Positions 1 to 9,609 of a DNA stretch of 20,000 nt are shown one piece after another. The DNA lies in the NCBI GenBank assembly GCA_030295235.1, contig AP026149.1, forward strand, positions 795,404 through 815,403, given 5' to 3'. The stretch is from Fistulifera solaris (taxonomy: Eukaryota). The translations under genes were made by a program, and so were the position numbers. Position 1 is the first letter of the stretch. Every line of letters begins with the position of its first letter. The notes beneath the pieces were generated by a model. That model made no database searches, was not told where the DNA came from, and saw only the letters and a program-made list of their open reading frames with translations.

Positions 1-1
1 T

Positions 2-601
2 GTCGTCGTCATCGTCAACATCAATAATTGACCCGTCGTCGTCCTCGACACTATTTACTGGTCCTCGCATCAAGTCGCGCACGCTAGCTCTTTGAACATC
101 GTCTTTTTGATACATTCTTCGACCTTCAAAGACATTAAGAACCGGCTGAAGAGCCTCGGGAAGGGCTTTTCGTCTCGGTGAACTTAGCACGGGTTGCTGT
201 TGGTCGGCCTTTGAGCTTTTCTCGTAGAGCGAGGCCTTTTCCCAAATTTTAGTTCGTTTCGCTCTCTCAATGGCTTTGACAGGCGATACGAGAAACTCCT
301 TTGATGCAGATGACTTGCTGGGGCTTGATAGGTCAGCGGGTACTGAGCTAGCCTGAATTTCGTGCCCTGACTCCTGAATTCTTCGACTGACGGCGTTTCC
401 CTTTGCAACAATACGCCTTGGCGAACCAAAGTCGCTCTCGGATTCATCCCTACACGAAAGGTCTTCATACATAGTGATCTTTTGGGAGATTGCTGTTGGA
501 ATTTGTCGTCCTGCTTTGAAATATGCGACAGACGGTTCCGAGCCACTCGAGGAGTCGTCAGAATCTAAGACAACGCATATTTCGTCTTCTTTTGCGTTCT
601 C
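2..601 (-). CDS. Partial gene (internal exon, runs off the left edge) for a Ser/acidic-rich, probably disordered protein of unknown function
   Basis: Manual translation gives 200 stop-free codons (ENAKEDEICVVLDSDDSSSG...ISQKITMYE...IWEKASLYE...EALQPVLNVFE...IIDVDDDDD). The frame is preceded by a pyrimidine-rich acceptor-like TCTTTGCAG at 610-602. It is absent from the ORF track, presumably because it has no stop inside the window. The upstream exon/start was not resolved. Confidence 0.6.
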
Positions 602-1357
602 CTGCAAAGAGCGTGCGCGTTATTCGCTTGAAAAGGATGCCTAGATGGAGGAGTTGTCATTTTGTGGTATGCTTCAGCATTCATGGAGCCGCCGTCGCTT
701 TTGAACTCAACAAGATGATGATCGAGATGCGCTTCCACACATAGTCAAAGCCGTCAAAAATGAGAAATAATATTCTCAAAGCGACTACCTGGTACGACCG
801 ACGACGCAGAGAAGAAAGGAACGAGAGAAGAGAGAAGAGAGAAACGAGAGAAAAAGGCCCAACGTGAATATTATGTCTCTGAAAACTGAAAACATACGTA
901 GTAAGTAGTAAGTGATTGGACACTGGACAAGCCATTGGTCACTGGGTTCTCTGAATATGAATCGTAATGTACTACTGTTCTTCAACTAGTTCGTTGTAGG
1001 AAAATAGAAAGCAGGATTGCGGATTGCGGATTGCGGGTCATTGCGTTCCACATCGTGAATCATGATGACTCATGACTCACGACTCATGTTTTCTCTCTCA
1101 TCACCTCATCGCTCATCGAGCAGGACCACCTTGCCTCGAATGAAAAATGAAAGTGGTTTCTAGGTTTTCTGGTAGTTTCTGAAGTCAAAGGATGAGTGCA
1201 TCATAGATCCTGCTCCTCTAAACATAATTCAAATGAAGTACAACAGTTGCTCCTCTCACCAAGTTTGCAGCACAAATAATACAAAGTATGGAGGTAAGGT
1301 TAGGCATTTAAGGCAATAAATAAAATTGACAAAAGGGGCCTGACGTGAATGATGCAA

Positions 1358-1980
1358 GTGAAAAACCAAGCCCCACATTTTCTGGGTACGTGAAAATAAC
1401 ACACGCCCACATTTTCTGGGTACGTGAGTACAAAGTACGGAGTACGTGAAAATACTACACCCCCACATTTTCTGGGTACGTGAAAATACTACACCCCCAC
1501 ATTTTCTGGGTAAGTAAGTACAAAGTACGGAGTACGTGAAAATACCACACACCCACATTTTCTGGACACGTGAAACTACTACACACCCACATTTTCTGGA
1601 TACGTGAAAATATCACAAATCACAACCCACATTTTCTGGACATGGGAAAATACCACACACCCACATTTTCTGGAGACGTGAAAATATCACAAATCACAAC
1701 CCACATTTTCCGGACACGTGAAAATACCACACACCCACATTTTCTGGCGACGTGAAAATAACACACTCCCACATTTTTTGGATATGCGAAAATACCACAC
1801 ACCCACATTATCTGGAGACGTGAATATACCACACACCCACATTTTCTGGAAACGTGAAAATACCACACACCCACATTTTCTGGCCAAGTGAAAAAATACC
1901 ACACGCCCACATTTTTTGGATATGCAAAGATACCACACACCCACATTTTCTGGAAACGTGAAAATAACACACAACCAGAT
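1358..1980. repeat. Minisatellite, ~16 full copies of a 34-bp unit (ACGTGAAAATACCACACACCCACATTTTCTGGNN)
   Basis: The CCCACATT core recurs 16 times between 1371 and ~1950, mostly 34 bp apart. Two units carry an AGTACAAAGTACGGAGT insert and two carry an ATCACAAATCACA variant. The overlapping ORFs here are repeat artefacts. Confidence 0.95.
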
Positions 1981-2204
1981 TTTATGCGGACGGATGCATA
2001 TTGTGCTGCGCATTGGCTTCAACCGATTTTTCTGAGCGCAACAAATGCGTCATGCGTTTAATATCGCACATCCTCGTCTCTTTTACGAACATAACATTCG
2101 AATACTCCGGTTCGTCGAAATCACAGGCGAAGTACTCGAGCGAGGGGAAACAGATACCTGGTAATTCTTGATATTCTTTCGAAAAAAGTCGAGGCGGACG
2201 AAGA

Positions 2205-3179
2205 ATGCAGCTAATCATACTGCCAGGATTGTTGAAAACCACATCACGAGGGAGTCGTAGCAACGGGAAGTTTATGCGCCCAGGCAACAACTGTCATGTA
2301 TCTTGCAAGGACCGGCCGAGACGTCAATCTGCTACTTATCATTCACCGTCTTTATCGCCTAATCCTTCTCGACCTGTTCTACCTCATTCATCACCATCGT
2401 ACGATTCCTTATCAGTGTCATCCAAATTCTGGATTATAGCACCACGTGCTATCCTGGCTGCCGGTTGGGTGTATGTTGTTCGAGAGTATTGTTTCGATTT
2501 CACACAATGTGAAGGTCCGAGTATGTACCCCACTCTCAAGCCCTTTGGAGAAATCATTTTACTGGAAAAGTTCTGGTGTCGTCGTGCCATGGCGGGTGGT
2601 AGTACCGGAAAAAGTCGCATTCGATATGCTCAGCAACAGCAAGGAGAGGAGGAGCAAGCCGTTTGGTGGGAACCCAAAGTTTCGGTCACGGAATTAAATC
2701 GCTATCAACCACTTTCGTTATGGGGTAAACTCCAACACTTCTTTTCACCACTCAGTGTGGGTGATTTAGTCGCAACGTGGCATCCGAATCGACCAGGAAT
2801 GATTTGTAAGCGTATTTTGGGATTGCCTGGCGATCAGATTTTGTTGTCTCGGGAACAAGCGGAACGATTCCATCTACCTCCGCACCAACGACTGTTGGTG
2901 ATTCCTGACGATTATTTGTGGTTAGAAGGTGATAATCCATTAAATTCGTCGGATTCGCGTGATTATGGTCCTGTACCCACGGAGCTGGTCATCGGACGTG
3001 TTCTATTGCGGCTGTGGCTCATTCGGAAACGAGCGTGGTTTCGTCGTGGCGAGCCTCCCGTCCTTCCTCATACTTATGGAGCCGAGTCGACAGTTTTGCC
3101 AACCGGTTATCAAGGACAAATGATTGTTCGGAGCATTCCGCCACAACCGACAACTAGGAATAAACAACAAAAGACATGA
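2205..3179 (+). CDS. IMP1: Mitochondrial inner-membrane peptidase subunit 1-like (S26 signal peptidase family)
   Basis: Catalytic Ser box CEGPSMYPTL, catalytic Lys box ICKRILGLPGD, and the WLEGDNPLNSSDSRDYGPVP box; hydrophobic segment before the Ser box. The true start codon is uncertain (2205 or 2274). Confidence 0.85.
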   Translation: MQLIILPGLLKTTSRGSRSNGKFMRPGNNCHVSCKDRPRRQSATYHSPSLSPNPSRPVLPHSSPSYDSLSVSSKFWIIAPRAILAAGWVYVVREYCFDFTQCEGPSMYPTLKPFGEIILLEKFWCRRAMAGGSTGKSRIRYAQQQQGEEEQAVWWEPKVSVTELNRYQPLSLWGKLQHFFSPLSVGDLVATWHPNRPGMICKRILGLPGDQILLSREQAERFHLPPHQRLLVIPDDYLWLEGDNPLNSSDSRDYGPVPTELVIGRVLLRLWLIRKRAWFRRGEPPVLPHTYGAESTVLPTGYQGQMIVRSIPPQPTTRNKQQKT

Positions 3180-3290
3180 AATTTAGGACACAGTAGACAG
3201 AAGCAGCACTTTACTTTTCTTTTAGCTAGACATCTTTAAGCTAACGGCCGGCATATCATATATTATTATTTGGTTCAGAGACATAATGAT

Positions 3291-4090
3291 TTAGCCCATC
3301 TTGAGAAGACCCTTTCCAGCGTTAACGGCGAAGAAAGTATCCGCAAAGACAAGAGCCAAGACGGCCTGCAACTTCATGACAATGTTCAAGGCTGGTCCGG
3401 ACGTGTCTTGGAACGGATCACCCACAGTGTCACCGACAACCGCCGCCTTGTGAATGTCCGATCCCTTGCCCTGAAGTTCACTGTCCGGAGAAGCTTTTTC
3501 AATATATTTCTTAGCATTGTCCCAAGCACCACCCGAGTTGGACATATGTGGCCAACTGAATGGAAGCGATCAAAGAACCAACCAAGAGACCCGAGACAGC
3601 CGAAACTCCAAAGAAGATACCGGTCAAAAGAGGAGTGAAAATAACCATGGCCGCAGGGGGAACCATTTCACGAAGAGAAGCCTGAGTACTGATGGCAATG
3701 CAAGCATCGTAGTCCGGTCGTTCCGTAGGGTTGGCATCCAAAAGATGAGGCTTTTCGTCAAACTGACTCTGGACTTCCAAGACCATAGCCATGGCGGCTT
3801 CACCAACACTCTTCATGGTGAGAGCAGCAAAGGCGAACGGGATCATACCACCCACAATCAAGACCACCCACAATCAAGAAGGCAAACGTAACAGGCTCCA
3901 ACATATTGACACCATCGGCAAAGACTTCGTCTCCGGAAGCATGGCGAATGCGTGTAACGAAGGCACCAAAGAGAGCGAGAGAGACAAGAGCCGCGGAACC
4001 GATGGCGAAACCCTTTCCGATAGCAGCAGTCGTATTACCAGCAGCATCCAAAGCATCGGTCTTTTCGCGTTCGGAAGGATATTGCGTCAT
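3291..4090 (-). pseudogene. 5'-truncated, frameshifted membrane H+-translocating pyrophosphatase (V-PPase), C-terminal third only
   Basis: Motifs [40 protein letters not shown] and [23 protein letters not shown] are spread over three frames. A 16-bp tandem duplication (3847-3878) and a ~2-nt deletion near 3547 shift the frame. I see no PPase-like sequence upstream of 4090. Confidence 0.9.
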
Positions 4091-4638
4091 GAGGAGTCAT
4101 GACTCTTGACTGAAGTGCAGTGTGCAGTGGTGTCCTCCTACAGCGTGGGTGTACAAGGATAGAAGGAGGTAAACGCTGGTTGCAATATTCTCGATGCTCA
4201 TCAACGCAAAAGCTATTGCCTGTCGTAACATCATAAGCTTGAGAAAGTTTCAGAATGGACAGAGGATTGGGTGCGATCCGGCTCGAAATATATTACGGAG
4301 TACTCCGTATATCCATTCGTATATGCAAATGAACGTCAAATTTGCATTCTGTCTTGAGGAAATTAGGAATAAATCATATTATACCTGGTAGTAAAAAAAA
4401 ATCGTCTTCGTAATTCGTGACTGAAAGCACTCGTGGCGGAAAGTCGCGTACACTTTAGTGCAGTATCAGTATCAGTATCAGTTTAATGTTGTAGGGTACA
4501 CCAATCATTCGCGGTCATCTTTCTCGTCGGCAATCAAAACAACAGAAACAAAAAGTCATCTTCGCAACGCGATATCCTGACAATATGAAATAATAATGAT
4601 TCGATCATCCCTGAGAAATATATAATATCGTGTTACAG

Positions 4639-7170
4639 ATGAAGTCCACATGTGGTGAATCGATTGCGGCGAAGTTGGCACTCTTTGAAGCAACGATTGC
4701 GACAAACGATGAATCGACTTCCCGTTCGTTCATTGCAAATTTCGCGAAAAAGGAAAGAGGCCAAATGCGCCGAAGGTCTTTAGCTTCTTACCCTCCATCA
4801 GTTCCCGTTCAAGTCGAATCTCTGGAAATTGTAGAAATGAGCGAAGTCACAGAAACAGAAAGAGGCGAAGACATCTTGGAGTACTCGAACAGAGAGCGCT
4901 CCGGAAACCAGCGTCGTCTTGTCCCCGAGCATTTCGAGCCCAGAGCTAGGCGACATAGCATGACAATGACCAGTAGGAAGCAAAGTTTGACGGATTGCCG
5001 ACATAGTTTGACTGGTTCTCTGTACAAGTTAGACGCAAGTACCGATGATTCGCATGATACAAGTGCATTTTCGCGACAAGACACGGTCAAAAGCATAGCC
5101 AGGCAATTCGAGGCACAGCATGAAAAGGATGACTCGACATTCGACCTTGTTCAGCCTGCAAGACACACGTCTGCTGCTTTACAGCCAACGATTGAAGCCT
5201 TTGAGTCAGTGCAACCGGTCAAACATACCGATGACTACGAAAATTACAAAGAAGAGCTTGCACAGACTTGCTCGGGGTTATTAGACCAAAATCGAAGAGT
5301 ATTTCTCATACAGCCAGAGGAAGCGCGGGAAACGAACTCAAGACTATACGTGAGAAAAAGTTCTCGCAGAAAGACTGATTCAAGTAGTGTAAGGCCTCAT
5401 GGATTGGACGAAAGAGCGGACGAAGAGTCATTATCAAGCTCGGAGGAAGACAACGACAGTTCATTTTCGAGCCATTCATCCGATGATCAAAGCCATACTG
5501 AGCCGAGCAATGGTGTAGACGACCAGTCTTGTAAGCGTATTCACTCGTTAAGACCGGGAATGGAGAGAGGGCATAGTATCGAAAATCTAAATGAAGAGAT
5601 GCATTTGATGCACACCCACGAATTGACAGGAAGTTCTGAGTATCAGGATGGAGACTACGAGCGACCCCGTAGACGCGTCAACGCTCTTCGCCCAGGAATG
5701 GAAAGGGGGCATAGTGTCGAGAACCTCTCAGAAGAAATGAAACTGGTAGAAACTGCTGCAACAAGGAAAGGGAGCCCTGCCATTCCGGATGGAATCGACG
5801 AGCGACCCCGCCGACGTGTCAACCCACTTCGTCCGGGAATGGAAAGGGGGCATAGCGTTGAAAACTTATCAGAAGAGATGCAGCTGGAGAGAAATACTGG
5901 AATGGAAGAGAGTTATTACAACCTGGATGGAAAGGAAGAGCGTTCTGGTAGGCGTGTCAACCCGCTTCGCCCAGGAATGGAAAGGTGGCATAGCGTCGAA
6001 AATCTATCAGAAGAGATGCATTCAATGCACAACTCTGAAACGCGAAAAAATTCTTCTGAAGATGAATACCCAAATAAAAAAGAGCGACCTCGAAGAGGTG
6101 TCAACGCACTTCGCCCAGGAGTTGAGAGGGGGCATAGTATTGAGAATTTGTCGGAAGAAATGAGCTTGTTGCACATATCTGCAACGGAAGATATTTTCGA
6201 AAATCGATATGGCGTGGTCGAGCAACCCCGTACACGTGTCAACGCTCTTCGACCGGGAATGGAAAGGGGGCACAGTATTGAAAACTTATCGGAAGAAATG
6301 CAGTTGTTGCATAGCTCTACAAGCAGAGAAAGCTCTGATCATCAAGATGCAGTAGTCGAACGACCCCGTAGACTTGTCAGCTCTCTTCGACCGGGAATGG
6401 AAAGGGGACACAGTTTCGAGAACCTGTCGGAAGAGATGCAATTGCTGCATAACTCTACAAGCGGAGAAAGTTACGAACATCAAGAGGCAATAAACGAGCG
6501 TCCCCGTCGACGAGTTAACGCGCTTCGCCCGGGAATGGAAAGGGGACACAGTTTCGAAAATCTATCCGAAGAGATGCAGTTGATGCACAATTCTACAAGT
6601 GGAGAAAGTTACGATCTTCAAGATAGAACGCACGAGCGTCCTCGTAGACGTGTCAATCCTTTAAGGCCGGGAGTCGAGAGGGGACACAGTATTGAAAATT
6701 TAGTGGAAGAGATGCAGCTAGGGCACCAATCTGAAAAGGGAGCAAGTTCTAGTGGTCATGATGGATACGACGAACAAAGTCGGAAACGTGTGAACCTTTT
6801 AAGACCGGGAGTGGAGAGGGGCCATAGTATTGAAAACTTATCGGAAGACATACATTTGTTGCAGACTTCTATAACGGGAGAAATTTCAGGTGGTAACGAT
6901 GCAAGGGATGAGCGACATCGTAGACGGGTCAATACGCTTAATCCAGGCATAGAAAGAGGCCATAGCTTTGATGACGATGTAGAGGGCCTCGTCGCCATGC
7001 AGTCCTCCTTTGCAGAGGTTGGCGTCGCCGATGATATGAGTTCAGCTTACTCTTCATCATCTGACGAAAGTGATGACTTTCCGATAAAGGAGATTGCTTT
7101 TAAGCGTCGCCGCCGCAGAAGGAGAAGAAAATATTGGAACGACTCACATGCGGCGAGAGAAGCTGTTTAA
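4639..7170 (+). CDS. 843-aa hydrophilic protein of unknown function with 11 tandem ~46-aa repeats
   Basis: Long uninterrupted ORF; first ATG at 4639, preceded by TTACAG, so an upstream exon is possible. The repeat core is RRVNxLRPGMERGHSxENLSEEMxL and the C-terminus has a basic run KRRRRRRRRK. Confidence 0.85.
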   Translation: MKSTCGESIAAKLALFEATIATNDESTSRSFIANFAKKERGQMRRRSLASYPPSVPVQVESLEIVEMSEVTETERGEDILEYSNRERSGNQRRLVPEHFEPRARRHSMTMTSRKQSLTDCRHSLTGSLYKLDASTDDSHDTSAFSRQDTVKSIARQFEAQHEKDDSTFDLVQPARHTSAALQPTIEAFESVQPVKHTDDYENYKEELAQTCSGLLDQNRRVFLIQPEEARETNSRLYVRKSSRRKTDSSSVRPHGLDERADEESLSSSEEDNDSSFSSHSSDDQSHTEPSNGVDDQSCKRIHSLRPGMERGHSIENLNEEMHLMHTHELTGSSEYQDGDYERPRRRVNALRPGMERGHSVENLSEEMKLVETAATRKGSPAIPDGIDERPRRRVNPLRPGMERGHSVENLSEEMQLERNTGMEESYYNLDGKEERSGRRVNPLRPGMERWHSVENLSEEMHSMHNSETRKNSSEDEYPNKKERPRRGVNALRPGVERGHSIENLSEEMSLLHISATEDIFENRYGVVEQPRTRVNALRPGMERGHSIENLSEEMQLLHSSTSRESSDHQDAVVERPRRLVSSLRPGMERGHSFENLSEEMQLLHNSTSGESYEHQEAINERPRRRVNALRPGMERGHSFENLSEEMQLMHNSTSGESYDLQDRTHERPRRRVNPLRPGVERGHSIENLVEEMQLGHQSEKGASSSGHDGYDEQSRKRVNLLRPGVERGHSIENLSEDIHLLQTSITGEISGGNDARDERHRRRVNTLNPGIERGHSFDDDVEGLVAMQSSFAEVGVADDMSSAYSSSSDESDDFPIKEIAFKRRRRRRRRKYWNDSHAAREAV
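5533..6975 (+). repeat. Coding tandem repeat, 11 units of mostly 138 nt
   Basis: The codon preceding the conserved PG starts at 5551, 5689, 5830, 5968, 6112, 6250, 6388, 6526, 6664, 6802 and 6940 (spacing 138 nt, once 141 and once 144). Differences in the core are largely synonymous. Confidence 0.95.
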
Positions 7171-7493
7171 CTATACTTTACTGCAATTATTGATGGTATC
7201 GATCAAATATCTAGTGCAGTCTTTCATTGTTAGCCAAGCTATAAGATCATTAGAAATGCCTCAGATCATGTTGTGTCAAGCTTGGCAACCGTAGATCGTC
7301 TTAAAAAATCAAACGACACCAGACATTGATAAAGCATATTGTTTTGATCTCTAACCCGTTCCATCACTCTAGTTGAAAACAGGAGTATGGCTGAGACACA
7401 TTGTCGTCATTAAAAAATCGCATGTCCGAACAATATCCTCCTTTTTGTAGTCACAAATGTCAGTAGACAACATACTCCCCTTTAAAGTCGGTT

Positions 7494-8625
7494 CTAGGTA
7501 GCCGATGCCTCCTGCTGAGAATGCTGCGCTATCTTCTGGGTGGCTTGCCTTGTAATCGCCACAGGACATGCCTCATCGCCTTTCTCTGCTGCCGCATATT
7601 CATGAGGGCACAAATTACGTCCTTTGTTTCGAACGGCATGAACAGTGTCATGCAAGTACCGTACGACTGGATCGTTCATCTCGTCTTCATCCCATACTTT
7701 TGAATGCAATAAATACAACATAAGCCAGCACGGCAAGTACCAAAGAGACGTCAGAAAAACCTTGCGAGCGTTTGAGTTTGTTTGCTCGTTACAAAACCTT
7801 CGAGCAATTTTCATCGCGTAGGCGTTCAAAACAATACCTTCCAAAGCAAACATATTACTGGTCATTCCGGCCGCAGTAGAAATGAATGGTAGCGTAGCCA
7901 AATACCATGTGTACCGCACAATTAGTTTCGCAGCTCTGTCCGGATCTACACATGAGAGCATCTGAAAGCCACCGCGGGCATAATCAATACGATGCATATA
8001 CGACAAAGCGAAAAAATGCGGCATTTGCCAGACATACAACGTCGTCCCTAACAAAATAGCTTGAGCATCTAATGCACCTCCCGTGGCGGCTGAGTAACCA
8101 ATCTGCAGTCAAGTCGCGAGGGTAAGAAACGACCGATGAACATGCATGATGTGAAATCGCAAACAATAATCTTACCAAAGGCGGTACTGCTCCAACAACA
8201 GCTCCCACCCACGTATTTATAACGGATCGAGGTTTTAGGTATGTGTACACCCCCGAGTAAAGAAGAATATTGCCAAACCCCAGCGCGGCGGCAATAGGGT
8301 CGGTCATAGCCAGAAGCGCAGTCCCACCAGCACCCCATAACGTTGCGGCAGTTTTAGCTTCAGCGATAGAGAGTGCACCAGTAACAAGCGGGCGTGTCTG
8401 AGTCCGTTTCATGCGAGAGTCTTTATCTACTTCAAATATTTGATTTAATGCGGCCGCACTACTACTGCAGAGCGCCGTTCCCATCATACAAAGCGCAAAT
8501 TCAGACGTTAGAACAGGACCAGCAGCAGCCACATATCCTGCTGCGCTTGTTGTTACAACAAGAGCTGAGAGTTTGGCTTTAGCCAAATCTGAGTATGCCG
8601 CGAGCATTGAAATTCGAGGGCGCAT
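7494..8625 (-). CDS. COX10: Protoheme IX farnesyltransferase (heme O synthase), two exons: 8625-8176 and 8102-7494
   Basis: UbiA/COX10 motifs LAKAKLSALVV, NQIFEVDKDSRMKRTQTRPL, YTYLKPRSVINTWVGAVVGAVPPL, WQMPHFFAL and DYARGGFQML. Removing the intron joins VPPL|IGYSAATG in frame. The frame stays open upstream to ~8703 (Ser-rich, transit-peptide-like), so the real start may be on a further exon. Confidence 0.92.
8103..8175 (-). other. 73-nt spliceosomal GT-AG intron in COX10
   Basis: Minus strand reads CCTTTG|GTAAGATT...CTTGACTGCAG|ATTGGT; phase 0; splicing restores the conserved PPL-IG. Confidence 0.9.
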
Positions 8626-9609
8626 TGAGTTTTCAGTCTCAAAGGATGATTTAGATGAACTAGCAAACGGTCTGGAGAAAGCAGACGTTCCGCAACCAGC
8701 CTTTCACTGTATACTCTATGGATTGAACCGACAGTCTTCGTATTCTTTCCATTGAGGATTGGCATATTCGATAAAGTACGAATGAATTCACGATCGGATA
8801 AGCGAAGAATCGGTGCAAACTAACGACGCAATTGTTTTCTCGAGTAAGTCGAAGCTCCAATGACTCGCCCAGCTGACGCAATGAATCACAACAAGCAGAA
8901 AAGATTGACTCTCCGAAATGAAGCAAAGAAAAAAGTTAATGATGATGATTAGTCTTCAGTCAAAACATCGCGTTTTTCCGCAGCAAGACGCGAGCGATGA
9001 GGATGAGGCGAGCAACGAAACAACGACGGATGACAAGCAGACCAATGGTTGTCTCTGCCGCCCGTAATCCTTATTGTAGAAAGTACTTCGTGGAAATATC
9101 GACTGCACTATAATATGTCGAACGCACGACGCTTCGAATGTTTACGAACTCTCACCTAGCTCTGGTAGGGAATTAGAAAACAAAACGTTGATGGAACTAG
9201 TCACGCAACGCTTCAAATGTCTACCTACGTTTACGTAGCTTTCCTACGGAAATTTATCGACCTAGGGATACCCGGATATCGTGTAATTTTGGTCCCACTA
9301 TTATTCGGGTCTTTTGGACGCCGATGTCAACATTACTTTGCCCGGTATCAAACAATAATTGACTTTGAATTGAGAGCAATGGAGAGTTTCTAATTCATAA
9401 AAAAGTAGTTGCAATGAAGTAATGAATACGTTTTTGCTAATATCTCTTGCTCCGTCCGCACCGGTCCGGACATTTCACAGTAGGGACTTATGAAGGAAAG
9501 AAAGGATACTGCGTAGTCTAATTAAGGTATATTTGCCAAGCGACATTAGTGAGGAACACATTCCAGCGCTTCGTAGGCCAGACTGTGTTGAAAATATTAT
9601 CGTATATCG

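Noticed and set aside
184..744. ORFs 184-546 (-) and 523-744 (+)
   Set aside because: Shadow frames of the longer open minus-strand frame 601-2.
1358..1980. CRISPR-like array
   Set aside because: The units are contiguous with no unique spacers, there are no cas genes, and the context is eukaryotic.
1256..2022. ORFs 1256-1558, 1570-1755, 1620-1970 and 1687-2022
   Set aside because: These are translations of the 34-bp non-triplet repeat, with the same peptides cycling through frames.
1982..2290. 102-aa minus-strand ORF as a transposase remnant
   Set aside because: No recognisable motif, and it overlaps the start of the IMP1 ORF.
4461..4482. (CAGTAT)n microsatellite, and the GA-rich tract at ~808-858
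   Set aside because: Ordinary simple repeats in intergenic or UTR sequence.
5789..6998. Alternative-frame and antisense ORFs over the repeat protein
   Set aside because: By-products of the 138-nt coding repeat.
9210..9490. Small hairpins (CTACGT-TT-ACGTAG; ACCGGT) as Helitron or MITE ends
   Set aside because: Too short, with no matching terminus or TSD found.
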